Assembly (NCBI RefSeq): GCF_009914755.1
Contig: NC_060929.1
DNA length: 64,000 nucleotides
Source: the human T2T-CHM13v2.0 reference genome, Homo sapiens
Reading direction: 5' to 3' (one strand)
Numbering within the stretch: the stretch's first letter is position 1; every line of letters begins with the position of its first letter. The notes under the pieces are model-generated. The model searched no databases. It was given only the letters and a program-made list of their open reading frames with translations, and was not told the DNA's origin. The translations under genes were made by a program, and so were the position numbers. Below, piece by piece: positions 41,315 through 54,289 of the stretch.

Positions 41315-42147
41315 TTGTTGGGTTTCTCTAAACAGTGAGGACACTAAGGACAAGGACTGAGTCACAGTCATCTGTTTCGTCAGCACCTTAGATAGGAATC
41401 ACTGCTCAGCAGGCACTGAGCAAATGGTCACTAAGAGGCTGTGTCAGCGAATAGGTAGGTGAGTGAGTGAATAAGTGAAGGTTGCTAGTCTCCATACTGA
41501 ATCCTCAGCCTTTCTCGGGCACACACATGGTTCCAGAGCAGAAAATGTTAACATTCTAAAGAAAGTCTAGTGAAAAAGTCCCCCAACTTTTATTAAGATG
41601 TGTGACTTTATATCCATGTTTTCAAAGCATCTTTGCAATTATTCTTAGAATCACTCATTTAACACTCCAGCACAGTAAGCCAACAGCCACAGAAACGTGG
41701 CCAGCAGAAATATATCTGCTTAAATAGGTGTGTCTCACTTTGAGAAAAACTGGAATATAAAAACCCAAATATCTATGTAGAAACATAAATGGGGGAGGCA
41801 TTCCAATTTTAAAAGGATTCACAAGTTTCCTCTAAATAGCCTGTTGCCTTGGAAATTTCCATTTTAAATGTCTGATTTTGGCACCTTCCAAAAATTCCAT
41901 CTTTTAAATGTCTGTCCATCCTAAGGTAAATGACCAATGAGTTATAGTTACTAAGAAAAGCACATGGCTTCATGTTATAAAAGTCCAGGCCCATTTCAGA
42001 AACTGCCATGTGCATCCAGCTGCAAAAAAGCACTCGAAGAGACAGCACGCCTAACCCCCCTAAAATGAAAATTATTACAAGGCAATATATATGACACACA
42101 GAGGTCTTGTTTCAAGGAATCTGTCCCAACAAAGCAAATAAAAAATT

Positions 42148-42259
42148 CAACAGATCTATATGTTATGAGGGTGGTTGCCTCATCTCCGGGTGTCGAAAAC
42201 AGCATGAAATTCCTAATAACCGAGACCTTTACACAACATCTTCGATGAGATATTTTCAG
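42148..42259. repeat. Copy A of an unexplained dispersed direct repeat
   Basis: Aligns to 44027-44133; identical core aaaacagcatgaaattcctaataac at 42196-42220. Confidence 0.85.
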
Positions 42260-43469
42260 TTTCAGTCAATGACTGAGATGACAATAGATTCCAATTTTAG
42301 GAACTTAACTGTATTATTACAGCCATGAGGGTCCAAATATCAGAACCATTCATTATGATATGTGTTTAGACTGTAACTAAATTCATTTTCTTGGCATGAA
42401 TATTCATTATTTTTCTTTAATTGTTAAAATAAAAGTAAGTGTGAATGTCAATCTTCTCTTCCAAGAAAATTAGCATCTGAAATATTTCTGTGGAGAAACA
42501 AGGCAATAATGAAAATGATGAATGAATACTTCTCCTTCTGGGAATGTACACAACCAGTTATTCCTCCCACAGCATCTCAGGGAAGCAGCGCCCACCCTCC
42601 ACAGGGCTCAGGCACTGGGTTTGTTTCTGTCTGATGAGAAAGCCTTGATCAGACTCCATCTGAAAAGGTCTTCCTGGTATCTGGCTTCTTTAACACACCA
42701 ATTGTCATGCTTTTATTACTATTCCCATCACAGAGGACAGCATGAAGCCTCGAGTTTTCTTGTTTTATTTAAGGTACTCAAAACTCTGGCTTTTATCATG
42801 TCACATACATACGCCATCAGGAGAGAGGACAAAGCAGCTGCAGAGTATCAAGGGATCTAAAAACACACAGGCTGCCTGGGCAAATCCAGAGTACACTAAG
42901 AAGATCTGTTTAAGTGCTTCTATTTGATTCCCGCCCCCACTTCAGAGTAGGTGGGGGGAACCTCTCTTTGGGTAAGGCCAAGCAAAATACTCTCAGGGGC
43001 TCTGTCACCAAACAGTTCAGTTTCAGTATCAGAGCTTAAGTGGGAACAAAGGCTAACACCAGTAGCTAATAAGAGCATTTAGTAAATTTGTACATTTGCT
43101 TTCTGTGTATACATAGATCATCAGGGATAATTATCTATAGGTTTAAATAAGACCCTCAATTAAAGCATTACCTCTCCTGGATAATCAGACTCTTAAAAGA
43201 AGAGCACAGATTTAATACAACTATAAGAGGGAGACCCCCTTCACATATCTGTCAAGTGGTTAGCCAACATTTGTTTGGCCTCTACTGAAAAAGAAAAAAA
43301 GACAATGAAATTCTAAAAACAGGTGCTTGAAAACAGCAAGCACATCATTTATGTGTGGGTTTAATCACTTTCATGAAGACAGACATCCTAGGTAAGTCAA
43401 ATTCATTCAACACAAATTAATTGAGCACCTACTGTGCTCCATGTACTCCTTTTGACACTAGGTCTGGAA

Positions 43470-43707
43470 TGTGCTTTCTCAAAGGGGGCCACACTGTCCC
43501 TCAAGGGAGTGAAAACTGGTTTTTGAGGGATGAAAACAAAATCTTACACTTCTTTTTACATATAAAGCACAGATAGACAAATAGCATCTAAACAGATACA
43601 CAGTATATTGGTGGCTTTAAATTTCAGAAAGGGGAGAGGCAATTAGGAAAAAAAAATTTAAGTCTTCTTAGGGAAGTGATAATGAAAAAAACTGTTGAGA
43701 CACGCTG
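43470..43707. mobile_element. MER112-type hAT-Charlie MITE inserted in an L2 tail
   Basis: tgctttctcaa...tataaagcacagatagac...aatgaaaaaaactgttgagacacgctg; 8-bp TSD gtctggaa / atctagaa (6/8). Confidence 0.7.
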
Positions 43708-44026
43708 ATCTAGAATGGCAAAACTCCCTACTCTTACGGAGCTAATAGTCTACCAGTGACATACAGATGATAAACAAGTATCCATGCTATGGCAAAAATA
43801 AAGCAGGGAAAGGAGATAACAACTGGGCAGGAAGAGACTGAGGATGGAGACAGGAACAGACCACCATTTCCATCAATTAATTTGTCACTTTTCTCCCAAT
43901 CATGATATGAGAAAAATGAACTTTTGATGACAAATTAAAGGGGTAGCCCCTATAATCCAAGGCAGCCCTGTACATAATGTGCTATAACATGAAAAAAAAA
44001 AAAAAGTAAAAAGCATGACAATGAAA

Positions 44027-44133
44027 CAACAGGTGTAGCTATGGGGGATTGTCTGTTCTCTACGTATTAAAAACAGCATGAAATTCCTAATAACTCAGCT
44101 TTTGAAATATCATCTTAGATGACACATTTTCAG
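44027..44133. repeat. Copy B of an unexplained dispersed direct repeat
   Basis: Aligns to 42148-42259; identical core at 44070-44094. Confidence 0.85.
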
Positions 44134-45879
44134 CACTTCATTTGTGCCCTTTATTTTCCTCTTTCCTCACAATTGACTACGTAGTTGGCTGTCTTAATTC
44201 CAGGGACCATCCATCTGAGACTAATGATTCACCATTTGGGGCCTGCTTAATGACTCCCAATGTTATCTCCACATTTGTGAGACCCAGGTTTCAACACATA
44301 TTTTCAACAATGAGATGAAATTATTCTCATTTTATCACATGTTGATAAAATAATGAGCAAAAACATGTTCTAAATGTTCAAAAAATTGCTCAAACATGTA
44401 AGGTTGTACAAGCAAAGGTGATGGTCTTGCCAAAAACATGAACCGTTAGCTGACATGCCCTGCCAGAGTTCAGAATGTCTGCCTACTCAGGAACATCTGA
44501 AAAAAAAATATAAAGCTAGTGGACAAAAGGGTCATTTGTGGGCATCAGTTCATAATGTACAAAATAAAGTTTATGAAAAAGTTAAATCTGAAAAAGTTGG
44601 AATCACCTTAGTGCACGCACCTACTAAATAATAAGAGAATGGTTAAGAGTCATTTCTTGAAGTTTATTCCTGAGGTCTTTTTCCCCTAACTAATGATGCC
44701 AGAGAGATTCCAATTTCCTGCAACACTCTAACATTATAACAGATGCTAAACAAACTTACTCTCCAAGGGAGAGGCTGGTTCTTTGGAAAGAGGAACAGCA
44801 TAGCTCAGCACTGTTTGTTAAGTTCAGTCTCCCTGTAGCTTTGCCACAACTTTTCTACAGGGAAATTAACAAGAAAAGCTCTCAGCTTAATATATTATTG
44901 GAACTTGGCTACAAGCTTATTAGGAAAGAGAAATCATAGGGAAATGCAGTCCATCACTGGATGTCTCCAATATAAATCTGGAAAATGGTGAGATGCTGAA
45001 CAGACAGAGGACTGCTTGCCATGTAGGCAGGGTATACACATACATTGTGACTTAATTTACATTTATTCCTTGGAGTAAGTGACATGCTTTCAAGGTACAG
45101 ACTCCAAAGTTGGGGTCCATAAGGAGAAAACAGCCAAACAGAAATCCTTAAAGAATGTTAGCTGGGAAAGGAAACGGGTGTAAAATCAAAATGGCAGTTC
45201 ATACCTAATTCCCAAAGTACCTACCTACATGCAGCTTTCAGAACCAGGGAGAAACTTGAAAAAGCATCACCGATCAACCTGAAAGTAGCAAGCTGAAGTT
45301 CAGAAGCTGACTCTATTGAGCTTAATAAAACAGAAACCTCATACACACGGCTTCATGAAGGTGTCTAAGCCTCTGCCAGATTCATCTTCCCAGTTAAATA
45401 AAATTGTTACTTCTAACTGTTTAATAACAAGAAGAAACTCCCCAGGGAGACCCGCAGGCAGCATGGGAGCCTTGTCCTTCTCACAGGCTGCTGCAATGAC
45501 CTGGGAAGACAATTAGCCAGGCTCCTCCCACACTCCAGGTCTATGTTTTAATGGCTTCAATCACAGGGGGCTGGAAGCACAGGCCCGGCCCAATTTAATA
45601 GGCAGTCATTCACTTGTGGTACATTTCAAGTGTAAAATAGCTCACTTCATTTTCTTGGTTCCTGTTTATGCTTCTAAAGTTACTCTTGGAGAGAAGATTA
45701 AGTACCGTTCTCCCCAAAAGCATGAAAGCCCTTCATGTTCAATCTCTTTGCAGGGCTGTATATTGAAACACGTCCACCAAGCCAGCCCAAGAGCCGCACA
45801 CAGGAAACCCAGGTGATCCTGAAATCGGCCATCCCCAGAAAAGCCAGTATACAAGCAGAGAATGACAAGAATTAGACTT

Positions 45880-46110
45880 CAGTGGCCAAGTGCAGAACTG
45901 GGCTCAGTTTCCATCTCTACCATTTTCTGGTTGGATGATCTTGAGAGAGTTAGTTAACTGCTCTGAGCCTCACTTTTATTATAAAATGGAGACAGTAAAT
46001 GCAACTACCTCATAGAGGTTACTGTAGAAATAAAATAGGATAATGTCTACAATGCTTGGCAAAGTGACTGTCACACAGTACCCACACAAAATTGTTAGCT
46101 ATTGTCATAA
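45880..46110 (+). mobile_element. MIR SINE
   Basis: gatcttgagagagttagttaactgctctgagcctcac...ataaaatggagacagtaa...ctacctcatagagg. Confidence 0.8.
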
Positions 46111-46319
46111 ACATCTTCATTAGGTACTAACGAGTATTAAAGAACTTTCAAGTTTCACTCAGCCCCTACTCAGGTGTTACCTACAACTATTTCCCTGCAC
46201 AGAACCTTCCCTAAATGGATCAAACATGTTCACCCATACTCAAACACAAACTTAGACCTTCCGCACTCTCAAATGCTAGGGCATGCCACACGATGCCTCG
46301 ACATACACACTTGATGTAG

Positions 46320-46485
46320 CAGTGGTTCTCCACTTGAGCATCCTTTAGAATCACCTGGAAGGCTTGGGAAAACACAGGTTTCTGGCTCTATCATCAGAAG
46401 TACTGATTCAGCATGTCTAAGGTGGAGCTGCAAAATTTGCATGTCTAATACTGCTGGTACAGGGATCACATTTTGAGGACAACTG
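46320..46485. mobile_element. MER5A hAT-Charlie MITE
   Basis: cagtggttctc...agaatcacctggaaggcttg...ctgattcagca...aatttgcatgtctaa...cacattttgaggacaactg. Confidence 0.85.
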
Positions 46486-47199
46486 TGCCAAAGAAAGGAG
46501 AAAGACAAGCCAACTTCAAGAACTGAGAAAGGAATATGTGGAAACAAAAGCCTTTTGTGAGAAGCTCAGAACCAAAAGAAGTCTAGCCCTCAAGGACACT
46601 AGGTCTCCCCCCAGAGAGCACCAGAAATGGTGCGGGCAGCCTTCTTCCCACTTGGAGCACGCCTCACCAGGCTCCTGGATCTTGGACTGTTGGGCTGACC
46701 CAAGGCCACAGCCCAACAGGGACATCCAGACCCAACCTAAATCCTGAAAAGAGATGGGGTTTTTGACACAAGACTATCAGTGGGCTGCACACCATCCTGC
46801 TCAATTATCATCTCTTCCTCCTCTGTGTTAAAGCAATTCTGCAGCACAGTGATTCTTCACAGGGAGATTGATGGGCATCTTTCATGCTAATTCATTCCTG
46901 GAGTTGGGAAGCCTTTATTTTCCTCATAACATGAAGAAAACGATGGCAGACATTTCCAGTAGAAATGCCACTGCATTCTTTATAATGTCATTCAGCTGCT
47001 GCCAGAATTAAACTATTGACCAAACTAATCTGTTTAACACCCACGTTGTGGCTTGATCTCCTTGCCCCGAGGGGTGAAGCATCATGCTGCAAAGGCATCC
47101 ACATTTATTCTCAGTAAGTGATGCTGGATTGCAAAGTGCCATGCATACAGGCTGGGTTTTTAATGCCATGGAAGCCCCACAGAGGCCACCTCATCCTCC

Positions 47200-47660
47200 A
47201 CTGTGCTTTACCCACTTCAAACCATCCCCTACCTCCTTGAGGGTTAGATCCAAACCCCTCAATATGGCTGATGAGGCCCATATGACCAGACTTTCATTTT
47301 CACAGCTTCCAGTCTCCTCTGGTCTCACTCTCTACACCCTAGGGAACCCCTACCCGTAGGCTCAGGACTTGCCCATCTCTGGGCCTTTGCATAGGTTGTT
47401 CCCTCTGCGTGGAAGATGGCCCTCCCCTGCTTTCTCTAGATGTTTAATTTCTACTTGTCCTTTATCCAGTTTAAGTATAACTACCGTGTGCCCTGTAGTA
47501 TCTTATACCTCACATGTTATAGTAATCATGTTGCTGATAATTATTTGTATTCAGATTATAAGCTTTGTGAGGCCAAGAGCCATATCTAATAAAGTACCTA
47601 ATAAAAAATGTGATGTAACAGGTGCTCAAGAAATATTTATAAATGAATGCATGGATAGCT
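47200..47660 (+). mobile_element. L2 LINE 3' portion
   Basis: atccaaacccctcaatatggc...gggcctttgcataggttgttccctctgc...aggtgctcaagaaatatttataaatgaatgcatgga. Confidence 0.75.
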
Positions 47661-47904
47661 AGCTCTGACAACTCCCTCTTTCAAAGCCTTCCTCTGTTAT
47701 CCATCTGCAAAATGAGGAATTTTGACTGAGGATTTCTAACAAGGGATTTGTGACAAGGGGACAAAACAGGGGTTCCAGAGAAGCTGCAAGAAATGAAGTT
47801 CAAAGCATGCAGGGAATCAGAAGACCCTACTCCAGGACCTTTCTGTCTTTTGTGAACTACAGTACTTTTCCCTTAGCTTCAAGGCAGTGGAGAAGGATGC
47901 TTAA

Positions 47905-48105
47905 TGGCAATACTCCTCAAAGCATGGACCCTGAAATCCTGGGGTTCCAAGAAAGTGCCTCAATATCTATTGTAGAAAGCAAGGAGTAGGCCAGTCTTAG
48001 AAACTGTACCTTAATCCATTTGAGGTACTACGTTCTAGGTGAGAGTTCATTTGCAAGAAAAGTAGACTTTGCTGCTTACAAAAAAGAAATTTGAAAGCAT
48101 GAGCA
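47905..48105. mobile_element. Probable hAT-Charlie MITE (MER103-like)
   Basis: caatactcctcaaagcatggaccctgaaatcctggggttcc...aaagaaatttgaaagcat resembles MER103-type elements. Confidence 0.4.
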
Positions 48106-49042
48106 GAATTGGTCACTGACTTAGGATTTAAAGTACATCATCATCAGAGGGTCATGAAATCCTGACAATCCTCTGGCTCTGGTATGCTCGAAACAGATAA
48201 GAGTCTTTGAGCATTTGGCATCTCTTGCCCAACTCACTACCAGGCATTGAGAATTGCAAAGGAGCCTAAAAGCCTTCTACTCTGGTGAAAAGAACAAAGC
48301 TTCCTACACAGCAAGGTCTATAGAGTAAGGAAACAGGGAATAACCCAAACTCAATAACTCTCTTAGAAGAAAGGTCACAGCTTCAGATCAGACCCTGGGG
48401 CTTTGCAAACAAAGATGAGGGCAAGTTATCGTAGGAGCAAAGGGAACAGCCAACAGTGCCAATAACTCCAGATACAGACCACCAATGCAGATTTGTGCCA
48501 TAAGCTTGTACCTCTTAGACCCTTCCCTCCTCTGAATCTTTCTTGTCCTATTTCTTGGGGCCTCATGTGAGGCAGATACATCTATGAAGAGGAACCACAA
48601 AACTCTGTGATCTGGACATTTCCTCATCCATATCCAATGCAGAAAAAGTATAAATACCCTTTCTTTAATAAAGCTAATCAGCCCAAATATGCAACGATGA
48701 GTAAACCAAACCTGTTTTCTTTTCTTTGCATTTTCTCCTCTTCATTTATCTGCAAACAGGAATACAGGGCTTTCTGACCAATGCCAGTTGATCTGAGCAT
48801 CCCTGAATGACTTAAGCCCCAGGACTCATACATGATACATGGCTGGTACAACTGCAGAGATGGCTTCAGCCAACATGAATGACCAAGGAGGCTGTCATTG
48901 TACACAGTTTGTAAAGATGGCTCCCAGGCCACAGGGCAAGCCTTAACCATCCAAGTGAGACTTCAGACTGAACACAGAAGTGAATCACAAAACGACTTCT
49001 TTCCAGGACCCACCCAATATGAGACTTAAAAAACTAATCATC

Positions 49043-49358
<316 letters not shown>

Positions 49359-50336
49359 CTAATCATCTTCTCAAAATATTGCTTGAATGTTACTCAGGTG
49401 GAATTGCAGTACAAAAGTGCAAAATTTTAAAAATCACCTCCAAGAATATTTTAAATATGTTTTGCTGAGGGGCAGAAAGCATGTACAAATATAATATTTT
49501 CAGTTTAATTACTACATAGTAGCTCTTACCCAGATAATGGATTTACCTCGGAGCAATGTCAGAATTTAGGAACAATCTAAATATACTTCTGCAATCCCGC
49601 ATTGGTCTTGATTCATGAATTTGTTAGAACTTACCCTGGGTGGCTTCCAGTAACCAGCCGAGCTCACGCACTGCAAATACAGGCACTGGGAGCAACCTGG
49701 GCTGCCCAGTCCAGGCCTTCTTAAATTCTGATTAGGGGAATTTGTGGTCAGACTGCAGCTGCTCCTGGAAAAGCATCATCCCCAGTAGACATACAATGGG
49801 AATCTTCAACCTATCTTGACTGGGATACAGCAGGAAACTTACAGACAGAATAAAATGATGAACTTATTTTTGCCTTTCCATTTATAGTTAAGAACAGTAA
49901 GATAAAGGGGAGAAAAAAAGAAAATAATGTATATTGATCTTGGCAAAAGTATGAATTGGGACATGTGAATGCATGTGAAGGAAACTCAATGTGAACTAGC
50001 TCAGCCAAGGAATACACCTCCCTAGCTCATAAAAACAAACAGCTAAAAGGGGGGCTGGTCTCGAGGATGACTGGTACCAGAGGCTAGTCTAGTACCAGGT
50101 CCTAGAGACACCTCTGGTAGCTCTCAGGCCCCCAGTCACTCCTTTTGATCAGGAGACAGACCCTATGGGAAGATGACACTCTCACTTGAATCACAAGATT
50201 AGGCAAGAGGAGAGACCCATCTGCTAGAAAGGTGGATGGCTAATGTCTGGTCAGACCAAACAACAGATGTCCATAACAGGGGGCTCAGACGAGAGATGTA
50301 TTAAGCTAGGAGCAGCCTTGTCACTGTGCTGTAGAG

Positions 50337-50656
50337 CAGCAGTCCCCAGCCTTTTTGGCACCAGGGACCAGTTCGTGGAAGCAAATTTTTCCACAGACCA
50401 GGAGGTGGGGTTGGGGGAAGGGGGTGCACAGAGATGGTTTCAGGATGAAACTGTTCCACCTCAAATCATCAGGCATTAGATTCTCATAAGGAGTGCACAA
50501 CCTAGGTCCCTCACATGTACAGCTCACAATAGGGTTCGTACTCCTATGAGAATCTAATACCGCAACTGATCTGACAGGAGGCAGAGCTCAGGCAGTAAGG
50601 CTCACTCACCCTGCCGCTCACCTCCTGCTGTGCAGCCCATGGGTAGGGGACCCCTG
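50337..50656. mobile_element. MER1B hAT-Charlie MITE
   Basis: cagcagtccccagcctttttggcaccagggacc ... ggggacccctg; perfect 8-bp TSD ctgtagag at 50329-50336 and 50657-50664. Confidence 0.93.
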
Positions 50657-51480
50657 CTGTAGAGTAGTGACAATGAAGGCAGCCTTTGGCCAATGAAGGA
50701 AAGGCAATGCAAGACTCGCCCATGCTCCACTCTTAACAAAAGGGGCCAGTCAGAGACAAGATTGGATACTCTGGAAACTAAGCTTGCCCCATCTTTCTTT
50801 ATATGCAAACATCTTTTGGCAACAACCTAACATAAACTCAGAGCCACTGAGCGCACGTAAGATGCATGCTTGGTTGTAGTCTCTTGGGTAGCTAACTTCT
50901 TAAACTTTGTGCAAGAGCCTTGTCTCAAACCAATAGCATCCCTGCAGAAAGACAGACCCAGCCAGTCAGAAAAAGACATTCACACCCAAGGACTTGGGGA
51001 TTCTCCTTGGAAAGAAAAATCGCCCCATCAGCTTCCTGCAAAATGAATGTTAGAAGGAAACAGCGAGAGCAAAACAAAACACCACAGCCTGGGCTGTCTA
51101 TTAAAAAGCAAACACTCATAGGTAATGTTTATTTTATTCCTTGTGTTTATTTGGAAATTTTAAACATAAAGAGTCTTTACTACTTCTGTAAGAAGAAAAG
51201 TAAAACTTCATTTTAAAAAATATATAGCATCAGAATTAAACTGATATGTATTAAATTATTTCCTATTTATCTATCAACTTTGGGGATAGGAATTTCAGAT
51301 GTCACATTGTTTAGTCCTTTTCTATATCCTTTTCTGAAAATATTATAATAGGACCTGTTTGATCATTTTGAATACTTTCAAAATATATTAAACCTGATCA
51401 CATCACATCATATCTTTTTATTGAATTTTTTTGTTGAGATCATTGTGGATTCATATGCAGTTGTAAGAAATAATCCAGAG

Positions 51481-51582
51481 ACATTCCATTTTCCTTTACC
51501 CAACCTCCCCAGAAAGTGACTTCTTACAAAACATTCCATTTTCCTTTACCCAACCTCCCCAGAAAGTGACTTCTTACAAAAC
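51481..51582. repeat. Perfect 50-bp tandem duplication
   Basis: acattccattttcctttacccaacctccccagaaagtgacttcttacaaa at 51481-51530 and 51531-51580, 100% identical. Confidence 0.97.
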
Positions 51583-51732
51583 TAAGTATAACTGTATTTG
51601 CACTATTTGTGTATGTGTGTGTATGTATGCCTAGTTCCACAAAATTCCATCACATGTATACCTTCCTGTATCCACTACCATGGTCAAATACAAAACAGTT
51701 CCATCACCACAAGGATCCCTGGTGTTACCCCC

Positions 51733-52030
51733 TTTTTTTTTTTTGAGATGGAGTTTCACTCTTGTCCCCCAGGCTGGAGTATAATGGCATGATCTTGGCT
51801 CACTGTAACCTCCACCTTCCCGGGTTCAAGTGATCCTCCTGCCTCAGCCTCCTGAGTAGCTGAGATTATAGGCATGCGCCACCACAACCAGCTAATTTTT
51901 GTATTTTTAGTAGAGGCAGGGTTTCACCATGTTGGCCAGGCTGGTCTCGAACTCCTGTCCTCAGGTGATGGAGACCCACTTCAGCCTCCCAAAGTGCTGG
52001 GATTATAGGCGTGAGCCACCGCACCCGGCT
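51733..52030 (-). mobile_element. AluS (Sq/Sp-like) element
   Basis: Poly(T) then gagatggagtttcactcttgt...gtgagccaccgcacccggc; TSD ggtgttaccc / ggtgtcaccc at 51721-51730 and 52031-52040. Confidence 0.97.
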
Positions 52031-53764
52031 GGTGTCACCCTTTTATAACCCACCCACCTTCCTGCTGACCCTGCCCCCTTGTTCCCCTACTATCCCTAAC
52101 CCCTGGCAACTATCAATCTTTTCTCCATTTCTAAAATGTGGGCATTTCAAAAATATTATATAATTATACAGTCTAACATTTTGGGGACTGACTTTTTTCA
52201 CTCAGCAAAATTTCCTGAAGATTCACCCAGGATGTTGCATGTATCAGCAGTGCATTCCTTTATTATTGCAAAGTACTATTCCATGGTATGGATATGCTAC
52301 AGCTGGTTTAACCACTCACTCACTGAAGGCCCTCTGGCCTGATTCCAGATTGTAGCTATTGTAAATAAAGCTGCTAATAAACACTCATGTGCAGGTTCTT
52401 ACATGAACATACATTTTCATTTCTCTGGGATAAATGCTCAAGAGTGCAATTGCTGCCCTGTATGGTACTAGCATTCCACAGTGACTATGTCACTTTACAT
52501 TCCCACCAGGAACACAGGAGTTATTCAGTTTCTCCACAACCTTGCCAGCATTGGGTGTTGCCACTATTTTTCACTTTAGCCATTCTGTTAGGTGTCTAGT
52601 GATATCCCACTGTTACACTTTAACTTGCATTTCCCTGATGATGGTGAACATCATTTCATGTTCTTACATGCCATCTGTATATATTCTCCTTGGTGAATGT
52701 CTCTTCATATCTTTTACTCATTTCAGATTGGCTTGTTTTTTCACTCTTGAGTTTTAAGAGTTCTTTACATATTCTCAACACTTGCCGCCTGTAAGATATG
52801 TGATTTGCAAATATTTTCCAGTCTAGTTTGTCTTTTCACTTCTTAACAGAGTTTTTCACCCTTTTTTAAAAATTTTTTAATAAGCCCAGTTTACCAAACT
52901 TTCCTCTTATGAATCAGGTTTTTGGTGTCAAGTCTGAATTCTTTGTCTAGGCCTAAATCCTGAAGATTTTTAATGTTTTTTTCCTAAAAGTTGTATAGTT
53001 TTAAATTTTACATTTAAGTTCATGATGCATTTTGAGTGAATTTCTGTCTATGGATGAGGCTTCGGTCCAGATTCGTTTCTTTGCCTATGAATGTCCAGCT
53101 GCTCCCGCATCACTTATTGGAAAGGCTGTCTTTTCTCCCTTGAATTGCACCTTTGTCAAAAAGCAGTTGAGTATATTTGCCTGGCTCTCTTTCTGGGTTA
53201 TCTATTCTGTTTCACGGATCCATGTGTCTATCCCCCTGCCAGTACCACACTGTCTTGATTACTGTAGCTATACAGTAAGCCTTAAAATCAGGTAGAGTGA
53301 TTCCTCCTACTTTATTCTTCTTTGTCAAAATCACTTTAGCTATTCTAGGGCCTGTGCCTTTCCATATAAATTTTCAGAATAACCTTATCCATGTTTACCA
53401 AAAAACCTTGCTGCAATTTTGATAGGAATTTCATTGAACCTGTATAGCAATTTGGAGAAAATGAACATCTTTACCATGTTAAGTCTCCAAATCCATTAAC
53501 GAGATATGTCTTTCTGTTCATTCAGGTCTTCTTTGATTTCTATCATCAGTGTTTTTTACACTGTAAGTATAATACAATTTGTATTTGTCAGTTGAAATAG
53601 ATGTGTTATTCCGCACTATCATGGATGGAGGGAAGATCTTTGTTTCAGGCTACATGGAACATACTGTGGTTAATCCCAGTCCTGCTCATTGTATTTGCCT
53701 ACTTGGACTCCTTTCTAGACCTGCATCACCATTTGACAATATTCAGAATACCGATCCTAAATAT

Positions 53765-54289
53765 CAGCAGTCCTCACCCTTTTTGGCACCAGGGACTTGT
53801 TTCATAGAAGACAGTTTTTCCATGGACCAGGGGAGGGGCAGGCAGGGATGGTTTCAGGATGATTCAAGTACATTATATTTATTGTGTACTTTATTTCTAT
53901 TATTACATACATATGAAATAATTATACAACTCACCATAACATAGAATCAGTGGGAGCCCTGAGCTTATTTTCCTGAATCTAAATGGTTCCATCTGGGGAT
54001 GATGAGAGACAGTGACAGATCATCAGGCATTAGATTCTCATAAGAAGAGCACAACCTAGACCCCTAACATGTGCAGTTCACAACAGGGTTCATGTGCCTA
54101 TGAGAATCTAATGCTGCTGCTGATCTGACAGGAGGTGGAGCTCAGGCAGTGATGCAAGCAATGGGGAGTGACTGTAAATACAGATAAAGCTCTGCTTGCT
54201 CACCTGTCGCTCACCTCCTGCTGTGTGACCCTGTTCCTAACAGGCCATGGACCAGTACTAGTCCATGGCCTGGGGACTGGGGACCCCTG
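53765..54289. mobile_element. MER1A hAT-Charlie MITE
   Basis: cagcagtcctcaccctttttggcaccaggg...gattcaagtacattatatttattgtgtacttt...ggggacccctg; TSD ctaaatat / ctatacat (6/8). Confidence 0.92.

Noticed and set aside
50053-50102. ggctggtc start resembling a Y RNA
   Set aside because: Similarity ends after ~8 nt; no Y RNA stem or oligo(T) end.
54241-54272. 12-bp-stem hairpin caggccatggac...gtccatggcctg
   Set aside because: Intrinsic subterminal palindrome of MER1A, not a novel RNA or terminator.
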